Source of the DNA: Octopus vulgaris
Lineage: Eukaryota
Direction of reading: 5' to 3'
Assembly (NCBI GenBank): GCA_951406725.2
Contig: OX597820.1
Location: forward strand, 126,728,001 to 126,792,000
Length of the DNA: 64,000 nt
In this document: positions 13,372 through 26,317 of the stretch, piece by piece
How positions within the stretch are numbered: position 1 is the first letter of the stretch
Layout: the number at the start of each line of letters is the position of its first letter
Position numbers and translations under genes: made by a program
The notes under the pieces: generated by a model
Told to the model about the DNA's origin: nothing
The model's input: the letters and a program-made list of their open reading frames with translations, nothing else
The model's database searches: none

Positions 13372-14760
13372 ACAGAAGTAAATAGACACCCTTATAATCA
13401 TTAAAATTTATTTAAATCTGAATCTATACATTCAAATTATTTTTTAATTATCATAATGAGAATATCTGGTATTTAGTAAACATTCTCTTTGCATTTTTCC
13501 ATGCAAGGTCCTGTAAGTCAGGCTACTGATCAGATGAGGAATATTCTCTTGCAGAATCTCAAAAGATCTGGTTTTGAAGATGCTTTCTTGTTCTTGTTAC
13601 AAAGTGTCCTGTCCATTATGCCCCAGAGGGGTTCAATAAGGTGACTGGCTTGGCCATGGAGTTTCTAATGCCATTCTTTTCCAACCAATCTTGGGTTATT
13701 TTAGCCATGTGACAAGGAGCCCCATCTTCCATAACTAAAGAGTTTTCTTTAATCATTTCACTATTGGAGAAGATTGGAAGGAGTCCTTCCTGTAATATGG
13801 ACACATTTATCTGAGTTTATGTTTCCTATTTCTTTATTACCCACAAGGGGCTAAATATAGGGGGGAAAACAAGGACAGACAAAGGGATTAAGTCAATTAC
13901 ATCAACCCCAGTATGTAACTGGTATTTAATTAATCAACCCCAAAAAGATGAAAAGCAAAGTCGACCTCAGTAGAATTTGAACTCAGAATGTAACGGCATA
14001 CAAAATACCACTAAGCATTTCACCTGGCGTGCTAACGTTTCTGCCAGCTTGCTGCCTTAAGTTTATGTTTCCATCACACTCCACCAGCTCTGATTGACCA
14101 TTGCTCTAAATTGCTCTCCAGACCATCAAAGAATAGATGCTGTGTTTCATTGTTGACAGCAACTTTTTCATGTCAAATTCTTGATCACAGAGTCTCTAGA
14201 CCCACACTTGACCACTGTTAGAAAATACAGCAAATCTGGACTCATCAGAGAATGTGATAGTGTCCGAAAATGCTAGTGGCTACTCCATCATCTCACTGGC
14301 CTAATCTTGTCTCCGCTTGATGTTGGCTGGTTGAAGAAGTGGCTTCTTTCTTGCTGCTCTGTCATAGTAGCCAAGTTTGTGGAGATACCTGACAGCTGTT
14401 CTGGGATTGACATCAACCTGTTCTACTATGTCTGAGGCCTTGCAATGAGGATTATCCTCCACGCTTCTCTTAACAAAGCAAAGGGTCCTGTTAGAGGACC
14501 CTGGTCGACCTGGGCAAGGTGAGGTGGACTCCTTCTCCTCTCTGGTGAATTGCACAATCACCCTATTAACTATAGAAAGTAGGGTCCCAAGGTTTTCTAC
14601 AATTTTACACTAAGTCAGCCTACAGATTGACCCACAATAAGGTCTCTTTGAAATTTGGGACAGTTCCAAGGCTTCTTTTGTACATGGCATAATTAAACAG
14701 TCACATGTTGATCCTAAAACATAAAAATGTCCATTAATAAAAAATATGTATAGTATTAAA
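13372..14760 (-). mobile_element. Degenerate Tc1-family transposon interrupted by a SINE
   Basis: HTH region RTAVRYLHKLGYYDRAARKKPLL, then ITFSDESRF, MEDGAPCH and WPSQSP motifs, with many stops. Boundaries approximate. Confidence 0.85.
13827..14059 (-). mobile_element. tRNA-derived SINE family B (Meta-domain-like core) with 13-bp TSD
   Basis: TSD agtttatgtttcc at 13814-13826 and 14060-14072. Core gaggtcgactttgc.tttcatc.ttt.ggggt.gat. Confidence 0.9.
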
Positions 14761-15537
14761 TATCTATCATGGCTGATCTAACCAATTGGTTTCATGTAAA
14801 GAATACAACAGAGTGTTCGGTAATAATCCAATTATATAACTTTACGCTCATCAGAGTTAGCTGATATGGGAAGGAGTATGGCAACTGCTGTAGGCACTTA
14901 ATGCAGTCAGCTTAGGCCTTTAGCCCAACTGGTTTTGAGTAGTATCTGAGAGGATTGGGCGAGAGACTATGTGGGCATTCCAGACTCCAACTGAAGAAAC
15001 AATTGCCTGCGAATGATCCGTGTATCTTGTTTTGTCCTGTTTGTCATGTTGTGCTATTGTCCTTTTCCTGCTTGTTATGTTTTGACGATTTCCATTTATG
15101 TTTTTTACCTTTGATTTATTCATGAAGTGCTATGTGCAATTTAGAGTTTGCTTTGTAAAACAAGATATTCCTTGGATATTACGTACGACTCTCACCCACT
15201 TTCCATCGCTTTTCTCCCTTTTCTCTCTTAATCCTTCCTTCTCTCTCTGTCTCTCTCTCTCTCTTTTATCTTTATGTATATATACATGTGTATACATATA
15301 TATATATATATATATATCAAATAGCCTTGTCACTCTCTGTGTCACGCTGATTATACTATAAGGGTATGGAATGCTCAGCTATTTGCACGTTATTCACGAG
15401 CAAGCTGTTCCGTTGATATCAGGATCGTCGTAAAGTCTTTATATATATACTACTAATATAGGAGCTTTTTACAGAAAAAAATTCCATCAAAAAATGTGAC
15501 AGCATATTAAAATACCTTTAAGGTTAAAATTATAAAC

Positions 15538-15787
15538 AACTTATAAATAAGGGCTAAAGGAAATTATTTCTATGCCAATATGCTGATAACAGACTTTTAA
15601 ATCGTCAATTTCCACATATTTACTCGCTACAGAAAAATTTTTTTTTTAATTCTATTGGTTGGCTTTCCTTGATTTCAGCTCTACGTGTTTTCTGTAGCGA
15701 GTAAATAATATGCGGAAATTGACGATTTAAAAGTCTGTTATCAGCATATTGGCATAGAAATAATTTTCTTTAGCCCTTATTTATAAG

Positions 15788-15789
<2 letters not shown>
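15538..15789. repeat. Inverted repeat (about 100-bp arms, 51-bp spacer) at the end of a (TA)n-flanked element
   Basis: 15538-15636 is the reverse complement of 15688-15789 with few mismatches. Confidence 0.9.
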
Positions 15790-15836
<47 letters not shown>

Positions 15837-16029
15837 ACAAATAAGAAAATAGAGAAACAAATTCAGTTTGTTCATCAACTTTCGGATATTAGAATGTTGG
15901 ATTATTTATTCATTTAACAAAATGAGAACCTTAATAGCATACCTATATATCCTATAATTCAATACATATAAGATAAGAATACAAATTATAAAAATCATAA
16001 TATAGATTATTGAAATCATTAAAATCACT

Positions 16030-16161
16030 CCTTACAGCTGTTTCAGCCTATGGCTATAAGTAGTTAATTTTATTTTTATTGCCTACAGGTGTGAACATAG
16101 AGAGATTGTAGGCATTTAAAAATAGGGTACTTATATATATAACCATAGACCTCGTCAGAGG
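16030..16161 (-). ncRNA. Type I hammerhead motif with very long stem II
   Basis: CCT CTGACGA GGTCTATGGTTATA...TATAGCCATAGGCT GAAA CAGCTG TA AGG. Confidence 0.75.
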
Positions 16162-16348
16162 TTATAAAGAACTTTAAAAATATTAATATTAATACATTAA
16201 ACATGATACACGTATTATTTAATATATATAAAAAATATGAACAAATATCCATATAGACATATACATATACATATATACACACATATACATACATAAATAA
16301 ACACAATTAAACAATATGTTCAAGTAGATATACCATATGTCATATACA

Positions 16349-16402
<54 letters not shown>

Positions 16403-16405
<3 letters not shown>

Positions 16406-18050
16406 TTGCGTCGGAAATTAATTAGCACTTCTCAAATTTCTACATTTTCTTACATTTTCTTAATTTAATTAACTTATTATCAGAAACGAACTCGTTTGTA
16501 ATCAAAAATTTATTAAAACATATCCCAGCACACCACATAATTGTTATTAATCGTGAAATTTAGTCAATATCTTGTTGCTCCTCCTTTGGCAGCAATGACA
16601 GCTGCTACGCGGGTCGGCATGCTGTCTATGAGTGCCTGCAGGTACTGTGCAGGGATGGCCCTCCATGCAGCAAGAAGTGCCCCAAACAGCTTGTGTTGGT
16701 TCAGGTCAGGTGACTGGCCAGGCCAGTCCATGACCGTCACCCAATGGTCCTTGAAGAAACCGGTTGTGAGCTTGGCTGTGTGGGAAGGCACGTTGTCCTG
16801 CTGGAGCACGTACTCCTCGCCACCAAAGAGGTATCCCGTACTATCTCAACGTACTTTGCTGCGTTGATGTTGCCTTCGACGGCATAGAGCCGCCCAACAC
16901 CACTGTAGCTGAACGCCCCTCACACCATCAGACCACCCCCACCATGCTTCATGGTGAGAGCAATGCAGTCTTTGTTGAAGCGCTCACCCCTGCGGCGTCG
17001 CACATGGACAGGCTTGTCACTGACGAGACTGAATCGTGACTCGTCAGTGAACATCACTGTCCACCACTGCTGCACGGTCCATGTCTTGTGGGCACGGGCC
17101 CAGAGCAGCCGCCTCTTCCAGTTTTGGGCTGTAAGGAGCAGCTTATGGGCGGCCCTACAGGATTTTAGACCAGCTTCCAATCTGGTCTTGACGGTGGTTG
17201 TAGACAACTGCTTCCCTGTCATCTTTTGCATCTCCTCCGCCAGTTGCCGGCTCATTGCCCTTCGGTTGTACAGTGACTTTCGGATCAGCATCCGGTCCTC
17301 CCGCTAGGTCGTCAGCCTCTTCCGTCCCCTACCCTTTTTGTCAGCTGCTGATCCGGTTTCCTCGTATTTCTTAAATAAGCACTGAATTGTGCGCCTGGCT
17401 ACACCAAGTTTTCTGGCTATTCCAGCCTCTGACAGCTTCCCACGCCACTAGAGAGCCTCGTACCGTCTCTCCAATGTCATGCGAGGTCTTGGGCCCATCT
17501 AGGAATGAACGATAAAAACCAGTTATTTTCATTTAAAATATCCATTTGAATAATGTTATGCTATAACAAAACTGCTATGAGTTATTATTCATTAAACAAA
17601 AAAGAAAGAAAGCAGAATTTCTCACCTTATTTGATGTATAACAGAAAGTTTTGTGAACCAGAAGTGACGTCATCAAGCAGAGTGTAGGAGAATTTGTGAG
17701 GAAAAAAAATCTTGCAAATACACAAATCAATTAACCTACGAGCTGTTCAAAACGTCTTACGCGATGAGAAAACTTAGTACGGTGTGATTTCGGTCCTTGC
17801 GAGGCGCTACCTATATCTATTAAACAAAGGAAGATTTGTCTGCATCCGCACTCCAAGTTGTTGTTGCACTGCTATGTCAACATCATTAGGCTGTAGACTC
17901 TCAAACTGCTCTGCAAACAAAGTTACGTCATCGTTCTGCGCAACAGTGAACTCACAACAAAGCAATAGTTCGAGATATGGCCACTAGGTGACAGCAAATA
18001 CCTTGAGTGAAGAGAAAATCAAGGGTGCTAATTAATTTCTGACGGTAGTG
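16403..18050 (-). mobile_element. Tc1-family transposon with 26-bp TIRs, TA TSD and a disrupted transposase (16564-17498)
   Basis: TIRs CACTTGCGTCGGAAATTAATTAGCAC / CACTACCGTCAGAAATTAATTAGCAC. Motifs MFTDESRF, KHGGGGLMV, QQDNVPSH, WPGQSPDLN (following E region deleted) and GGATRY*. Confidence 0.93.
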
Positions 18051-18330
18051 TATACATACATTGGAATATATAAACACGTCTATGCTTTAATCCCAAGCAA
18101 AACTAGCTTGCTAGTATAGTGATCTTGCTCACTGTGGAGCAGTAATCTCCCTTGTCAGTACATAGAATGTGCTTTTTGTGGCTATAAGGGTCTTTGACTA
18201 TTGTTTCTAGCAATGTAGGTGCTACCCTTGCACTCTCAGTCACTATTAGTGACAACTGAATTTTTCCTTTTTGGTTTTATATTGCATCTAACCACCTTCG
18301 TTATTTTATATATATATATATATATATATA

Positions 18331-18480
18331 GGGCATGGCTGTGTGGTTAGGGAGCTTGCTTCCTAGCTTCATGGTTTCGGGTTCAGTCCCACTGCGTGGC
18401 ACTTTGGGTAGGTGTCTTCCACTATAGCCCCGAGCCGACCGGAGCTTTGTGATTGAATTCGGTAGGTGGAAGTTACTGCT
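18331..18480 (+). mobile_element. SINE family A head (tail fragment at 18790-18940)
   Basis: tggctgtgtggttag A box, gggttcagtccc B box and ctttgggtaggtgtcttc core. Confidence 0.85.
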
Positions 18481-18555
18481 GTGTGTATATGTGTGCGTAT
18501 AGCTGCTCAGTGCCTCTCCGAAAGAGAGAGAGAGGGATATCTCATCATATATATA

Positions 18556-18590
<35 letters not shown>

Positions 18591-19104
18591 CTTTGTATGT
18601 ATCTATGTGTACAAACATATCCTCACAGTATAGGTTTTCAAATATTTACACTTCAATTCGTACTGTGTTATGAATAAAATATTTATTCTTTTAATTAATG
18701 AGCCATATATTCCGTTTACTCACAACAGTGCTGTGTTTACATATTGTGAATGTGTGTGTGTGTGTGTGTGTGAGTACCTTATTTGTGTGTGTCTTTCTGT
18801 TTGTATTTGTGTTTGTGTCTCCACCACTTGACAACCAGTTCTGGTTTGTTTACGACGCCATATTTTGGCAGTCTGGCAAAAACAAATAGAAAAAGTACCA
18901 GACTTAGAAATGAGAACCAGGATCAATTAGTATGGCTAAACCTTTCGAGTCTTCACTTCAGTGAGTAAATGACTTTTGAAGTTTTAGGTGTTGACCTCAT
19001 AATATTCATTTGAAAGCACCTAATTGGTTATTGGCTACCATATGCCATTCTACAGCAGGATATTTTCAAAGGCTGGATAAACATGTGAAATTCCATTGAT
19101 CTTG

Positions 19105-19139
<35 letters not shown>

Positions 19140-19236
19140 GTATAAACGGTAAGATAACAAAAGAAAGAAAGAGACCTCAATATTATGTAAATGGAGGAAT
19201 TTATCTGTAAAAGTAATATGTGACAATTATTCTGTA

Positions 19237-19307
19237 GCCAAGATAAAAGCCAAGAGTTTCGGATGCCGAGGTGGAAATCCACACCACCATCTCTTCAGTT
19301 ATCCGGC
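19237..19307 (-). ncRNA. Hammerhead motif (degenerate stem III) in an element with a partial inverted copy at 19455-19506
   Basis: GCCGGATAA CTGAAGA GATG..CATC C GAAA...TTATCTTGGC. The inverted copy shows stem III ACTC-A-GAGT. Confidence 0.6.
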
Positions 19308-19502
19308 CATCGGAAAAACTCTATGAAAAAAGACCAAAGGGAAATTACTGTGATATTGACGCTATTTAGACAAAAGCACTATTCGAATGACCGCTAATTA
19401 AGGTAAGGCGTAAGCGCGTCTGTTCATGCGTAAACATGTGCGCTCACACACCCATGAAACTCAGAGTTTTATCTTGGCTACAGAATAATTGTCACATATT
19501 AC

Positions 19503-19543
<41 letters not shown>

Positions 19544-19941
19544 TATTAGAAGAAATGAGGTACTCAGAAATCTGGATGGTTTTATATTTACAGATATTTA
19601 TGAATATGTCACATGTTTTTATAAATCATATATTAGCGCTTGCATCCACTCTAGTGGAGTCTTCAGACTGAGCTTTTCCAGGAAATTTGTTGCTTTTTAT
19701 AGTATTATTGATTGTGTAAGGATGGAGAAAGATATAAGTTAATACAAGAGGGTGAAGAATGGGGAGAAAGTGAGACAGAGTGTGTGTGTGTATGTCTGTG
19801 TGCTTTTGTATCTGAAAGAAGTGTCAATGGAAAAGAGAAGGAAAAGAAGAAGATTCCTTAGCTACACACAAGAGAAAATGTCAGAAAACAGGTCAGTTAT
19901 TCCTCTACAATATTTTGTAGATTCTTAAATATATCTCCTTC

Positions 19942-19989
<48 letters not shown>

Positions 19990-20393
19990 CTACTACTAAA
20001 CAAACATGATTTTTATTGAACTCAATATACTTCTTGGAGTTATGTTCTGATTACTTTCTTAAATACTTACTTGTAAACTGTTTTTAACATTTTCTTATTA
20101 TTATCAAAGAATGTATACATATGTATTTTAATACTTTTGGGACAACCAGTACTTAACACAACAAAGCTCATACAAGGCTTTACATTTTACTTTCGACAAT
20201 CTTTCTCTAAAAAGAAGTGAAACCGGTCAAGTGAATAAACATCTTTAAAATTGAATTTTCAAACCTTCTTTCATATATCTTTCCACTCGTGCTGTACCTT
20301 ACAACTTTACTTTGTTATATATATATATATATGATACTACATGACTTTTCATATCTTTTATAGTATGATGTAACTCTTTGGAATAACAATGTC

Positions 20394-20486
20394 TGTGGCT
20401 GAAGAGAGCCTTAAACCATCTTTTATATCTATTATACACTGATGTAAGAACGGATTATTTATAAAACTTGAAACACATGTACCGCG
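20394..20486 (+). ncRNA. Type I hammerhead motif
   Basis: TGTGG CTGAAGA GAGCCTTA...TAAAACTT GAAA CACATG TA CCGCG. Confidence 0.7.
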
Positions 20487-20692
20487 ATATTCTTTGTGTT
20501 CTGTAATTAATTTTATTTGATATATATATATATATATGTACATACATCATCATCATCATCATTTAGCGTCCGCTTTCTATGCTAGCATGGGTTGGACAGT
20601 TCAACTGGGGTCTGGGAAGCCAGAAGGCTGCATCAGGCCCAGTCTGATCTGGCAATGTTTCTACAGCTGGATGCCCTTCCTAACGCCAACTA

Positions 20693-20726
<34 letters not shown>

Positions 20727-20727
<1 letters not shown>

Positions 20728-20861
20728 ATAAATATTAGGGAATAAATCCAAATTTACAGGGAAAAAATCAGATTTAGGATTAAATCCAATTTTATAGTAA
20801 AATATTATAAAATATTATTAGAGACAAAATAGTTTTGCAAAATAGTGGTTTGTCTCTAATA

Positions 20862-20870
<9 letters not shown>
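20727..20870. repeat. (TA)n-flanked repeat end with terminal hairpin; same family at 5545-5665 and 9975-10120
   Basis: gggaataaatccaaa.ttacagggaaaaa.tcagatttaggatt shared between copies. Inverted tataaaatattattagagacaaa arms. Confidence 0.75.
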
Positions 20871-20930
<60 letters not shown>

Positions 20931-21091
20931 CAAAGGCTATCCAACTCTGTTTTTTATGTTTTATTTATATTCTTTATAATATTAATGTAGAATATATGGA
21001 AAATATAGTATAAATAGTATAGATATAGTAAAATGAAATAAAGTATTGGTTGTCTTATTGAACAGAGGAAATATTGAATATCAAATATTAA

Positions 21092-21135
21092 GGGACTAGT
21101 ATACTTTCTTGCATTTAAGCAGTCTTCAAGGTCCC
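21092..21135 (-). ncRNA. Compact hammerhead motif with one extra U in the core
   Basis: GGGAC CTTGAAGA CTGC ttaaat GCAA GAAA GTATAC TA GTCCC. Confidence 0.65.
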
Positions 21136-21222
21136 AGGTTGTGACAGGAGTGTTTCAGGGAGATTCAGCCTCACACAGGATATGACAAGGCTGGCCCCTT
21201 TCAATTACAGCTACAACTTGAG

Positions 21223-21278
<56 letters not shown>

Positions 21279-21729
21279 TAATGTATTTGTGTGTGTGTAT
21301 AGTTTAGGTTATTTAAAACATGTTTGCAATAATAAGTGTTACAGTCACTAAACTTTCATTCATAAATCCATTTATTATTTCGTTCTATTACATTTCAGTT
21401 TATACATTAAGGTTCTTTGAATATATTCGAGGTTAAATAGTAATTCCGCTTACATCTGTGTAACGCATATTTTGGTTGGTTTAGATAGTCATTGGTGTTA
21501 CATTACTTTCTATATTCTGTAACTTTCACAACATACTTTTCTAGTCCTGAATTTTTTGTGGGGAGGGGGTCAGTTGATTAGATCAACCCCAGTATACAAT
21601 CGGTATTTAATTTATTGACCCCCAAAAGAATGAAAAGCAAAGTCAATTTTGGCAGAATTTGAACTCAGAACATAAAGACAGACGGTCATAATATGCAAGC
21701 ACTTCTCATGCCACCAGTCCACTATACAC

Positions 21730-21906
21730 TGTAAGCCTAGTACTTATTCTATCGGTCACTTTTGCCGAACTGCTAAGTTACAGGAACATAAACACACGGG
21801 GATGATTGTTAAGTGATGGGGGGGGGGTTGAACAAATACAGACACACAAACATATACACAAACATATACACAAACATATATATATATGTATGTATGTATG
21901 TATATA

Positions 21907-21975
<69 letters not shown>

Positions 21976-22135
21976 GACAGGATTCTTGCAGTTTCTGTCT
22001 ACCAAATCCACTCACAAGACTTTGGTCAGCCCAAGTCTCTAGTGGTAGACACTTGTCCAAAATGCCTCACAGTGGGACTGAACTCAGAACCTTGTGGCTT
22101 GTAAGCAAGTTACTTACCACTCAGCCACTCCTACA
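21730..22135 (-). mobile_element. SINE family A with internal (TA)n expansion
   Basis: Head at 21975-22135 and tail at 21730-21850 match 49533-49940. Confidence 0.85.
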
Positions 22136-22300
22136 TGTATATATGTATACATAGATGCATTTGTAGACATACATACATACATTACACATTATATATGTGT
22201 ATGTATGTATATATATATATATATAAATATATATATATATACATATGTACACACATACATACACACATTACACATTATATATGTGTATGTTTGTATATGT

Positions 22301-22402
<102 letters not shown>

Positions 22403-23636
22403 GTACACACATAGATGCATACATATACAAACACAGATATATATATATGTATATATATTTACACACACACATAAATATATATACATATACACACACACAC
22501 ACATTCAGACATACATGCACATTCACCCGCCACCACCATCATCACCTCCCTCACCACAGACAACAGACATACCATAAAAAAAACAAGACAGACATTCCAG
22601 ATGGTTGTAGAGACTGAATCTCCAATACCGCTTACCTGCTTGCTGCAGCTTAAACAGCTTTCACAACTGGCCTTGCATTTTACAATCGAAAAGACGCCAT
22701 GCAGGAATACGTAGAAGAAAGGTCCCACATGCTGGGCGTAGAGTGCATTGGTTAGACATTTGGGCAATCTTCCAGAGAACCTGCTCACTTTCATACGATA
22801 CCAAATGGCATTGTTTTTTAATTCTTTTTCTCTTTTTTGTGCAGCAGATAAAACCGGTGCCAATTTTCTGTCAGCTAAATTTATTTCTTGTAAAATCTTT
22901 GCTTGGAAATTTTTCTGAATTCTGTCAATATAGCAATATTATGCTCTAAGCTTTGCCTCTTGTTTCTGATTTTCCCCATCATCGTGGAGGACAGGGATTG
23001 TGTTATGATCTCCACTGATTTATAAAAAGACATTTCTGATTGAATACCCCTTTTCTGTTATTTATTTATTTGTTTGCTTCTTCTTTCATTCTTTCTTTCT
23101 TTCTTTCTTTGTGGCATTGAGAGTGAAATTACAAGAGCTGCTTTTGTTGTTGTTTCTGAGATAATTGTATTATCATTTTCATATATAAATGATTTATTTA
23201 TTGCTTTTTTTCATTTGGTGGTGGTGGCGGAAGTGGTGGTGGTGGTGGTTGGTGGTGGTGGTGGTGGTGGTTTTGGTGGTTGGTGGTGGTGGTTGGTGTG
23301 TTTCTGAGGTGTTTGTGAATGTGTAGTATGTGGGCCTGTATGTGGTGGGGTGCATGCGAGTGATAAACATATATGTGTATGTATGCACTTAGATACTTTT
23401 ATTCCTTTACTTTTTTCAGTCATTTGACTGTGGCCATGCTGGAGTACTGCATTTGGTTGAGCAAATCAACCCCAGGACCTATTCTTTGTAAGCCTAGTAC
23501 TGATACTAACAGCCTCTTTTACCAAACCACCAAGTTACGGGGACATAAACACACCAGCATCAGTTGTCAAGTGATGTCGGACAAACAAACACAGACACAA
23601 AAACACACATCCATAAATAAATATATATATTTATTT

Positions 23637-23997
23637 ATATATATAAAACTGAGAATGTGTCTGTCTGTGTGTTTCCCTAAAACTTGAGAACTACACAACC
23701 AATTTCATTCAAATTTTACACATGCCTTACTTAGGGTCCATGTAGTGTCATGGGAAAAACTTTTTTTAAACTTTTTGCCTAGTGTGAGCCCACAGCAATA
23801 TCATATCTTCTCCACTATTTCAGTATTACGTGTCAAAAGTGAAACAAAAACATCTCCCTATTGTAATGTCAGGTATTTTCACTTTAATACTGAAACTATT
23901 AAAGTGTAACTATTATATAAGAGGGATGAACCATTAACAGTGGACATCCATTGTGCTAGAAGAAGATCCACTGTGGTCTTATATACTACACCACTAG
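23637..23997 (+). mobile_element. Non-autonomous Helitron-like element
   Basis: 5' tatatataaaactgagaatgtgtctgtctgt resembles the 5' end of 33066-33428. Contains an aatttcattcaaattttacac motif and ends CTAG followed by T. 3' hairpin weak. Confidence 0.55.
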
Positions 23998-24223
23998 TTT
24001 TAAATTCATATTAATCAAATTAATATTCAATGTTTCACCCTTATTATTTTAAATTTAAATTTACATGTATATATATATATCGATACATGTATGTGTAGAT
24101 GTATATATATATATAGTTGTACATGTAATATGTACACATATATGTACTCATATATACATGCATACATATATACACCCATACACACATACACACACACAAA
24201 CCCACACACACACACACATACAT

Positions 24224-24935
24224 AGGTGCAGGTGTGACTGTGTGATAACAAACTTGCTTCCAAAACACATGGTCCTGAGTTCAGTCCCACTGTGTGATAA
24301 CTTGGCATGCGTCTTCTGCTATAGCCTCAGACCAACCAAAACCTTGTCAGTGGATTTTGTAAACAGAAACTGAAAGAAATCAATTGTATATATATGTATG
24401 TATAATGTAAGTCTATGTGGGTGTGTTTGTGTTTCACCCTCATCACTGCTTCACAACTGGTGTTCGTTTATTTATATCCCCATAACTTACAGGTTTCACA
24501 AGAAGAAATTGATAGAATAAGTACCAGGCTTATCAAAATAAAAAAAAAGCACTAGGCAGTGTCTCATATTTTTGTTTGCCCACTCAGTTGTATCTATCAA
24601 TTTATCTTTGTGTGTGTGTGTGTGTGTGTATACACGCATACATGCATACACACATATATATATATATATATGGATTTCGTAGACAGGAACTGAAACAAAT
24701 CAATCGTATATATATGTATGTATATATGTAAGTATATGTGTGTGTCTTTGTCTCTGTGTTTCCCCCTCATCACTGCTTCACAACTGCTGTTCATTTATTT
24801 ACATCCCCATAACTTACTGGTTTCACAAGAACAAACTAATAGAATAAGTACCAGACTTTATCAACATAAAAAAGCGCTAGGCTGTGTCTCATATTTTTGT
24901 TTGCCCATTCAGTTGTATCTATCAATTTATCTTTG
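24224..24935 (+). mobile_element. SINE family A with a tandem duplication (about 325 bp) of its 3' half and flank
   Basis: 24350-24610 is repeated at 24670-24935, including non-SINE ctagg.gtgtctcatatttttgtttgccca. Confidence 0.8.
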
Positions 24936-25344
24936 TATGTGTGTGTGTGTGTATATCTATATCTATATCTATCTATATATATATATATATATATATAACA
25001 CCCTAATGGGGGCCTTAACTCCCAAATTTTAGTAATTTCTTTTATGATCCAAAACTAGGTCAAAAGTACTGAATGGATCTTTATGAAATTTGGAAATTAT
25101 ATTCTATCCGTAAGGGCCATAACCCCCATGACAATTCATATATTTTTGCTGTTGATGAAATTTTAACCATAGATCTTAGATACAAATAAAGTAATATTTA
25201 TAAAATTTCATCTTCTTACAAATTAGAAAGACCCAACCATGGGGACTTAACACCCACAATTTTGTCATTTTATCTAAGCAACGATGAATAGTTGTACTCT
25301 TGGAAGCTGTGGGGGTCATCCGAGCATAGAAGTGGCGATCCTCA

Positions 25345-25506
25345 CTGTACTCTTTCGCCACAACTTTCTCTCACTCTTTCTTCTGTTGGCCTGCTTGCTT
25401 AGCCAGTGGGGTGGCATCATTTGAAGGCTAAAACAATGCGAAGCGCATTGTGACCAGCGATGTGTAACAACATCTGATAACCTGGTCGGTCACGGTGATC
25501 ACGGTG

Positions 25507-25509
<3 letters not shown>
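25345..25509 (+). mobile_element. 5'-truncated SINE (family C body) with RTE-derived tail
   Basis: tgtactctttcgccacaactttctctcactctt body. Ends ggtcggtcacggtgatcacggtgata. Confidence 0.75.
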
Positions 25510-25562
<53 letters not shown>

Positions 25563-26317
25563 TCACACACACCAGGTTTCTTTCAGCTTTCATCTACCAA
25601 ATCCACTCACAAGGCTCAGGGCTATAGTAGGCGGGAGTTGACCAAAGTGCCATGCAGTGGAACTGAAACCAAAACAATGGGCCTCGGAAGCAAACCTCTT
25701 GCTGCACAGCCCTCCTACCTGCTCATAATACAGCATAATAAGAATATATCTGGACTTGCACTGATTTTGTTAACCTGACATTGTTCAGAAAACAAAATGT
25801 TGTAACATCATAACGACTGCACTTGACATGTAGACATGCTCACACACACACAAAAAAAACAAAAGGAAACATAGACACAGACATGCATTCCAGATGTTGT
25901 AACTGTTTGCTTCTACTTTATTCTCTCTGATCAGTTTTCTTAAACACTAACTTGTGTTCGGTTGACAATTACACTCCCTGCCAGTTCCCCCACCCCTCAT
26001 TTTCATATCATCTGTTCGTAAAAATACTTTTCCTTCTAAATAAACTTGTAAACCACTTCATCTGGCAGGGATTAGTTAACAATAATAGCAACAACAACAA
26101 TATTGTATTAGAGACAAGTTTTAATTAACTACAGCTGCTTCTGTTGGTTCACCAATCTCTTTGGTCAAAGCAGGATGGGTCATTAACATTTCCTTTCTGC
26201 TGAACTTCTTGGCATATATACATCTCTCTTTCTCTCTTTCTCTCCCCCTCTCTCTCTCTCTCACTCTCTTTCTCTCTCTGTCTATTTATCTATCTATCAA
26301 TCTACCTATATAAATAT

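Noticed and set aside
14940-15025. HDV-like ribozyme (GGGCA..TGCCT GCGAAT GATCC)
   Set aside because: P4 and J4/2-like parts are present, but I could not build P1, P3 or L3.
19630-20235. Further hammerhead-like traces (19633-19669, GAAACCGGTC at 20219; also about 14815-14860, 49140-49180 and 53310-53350)
   Set aside because: Each lacks an intact core, GAAA or stem I. They are probably decayed members but were not counted.
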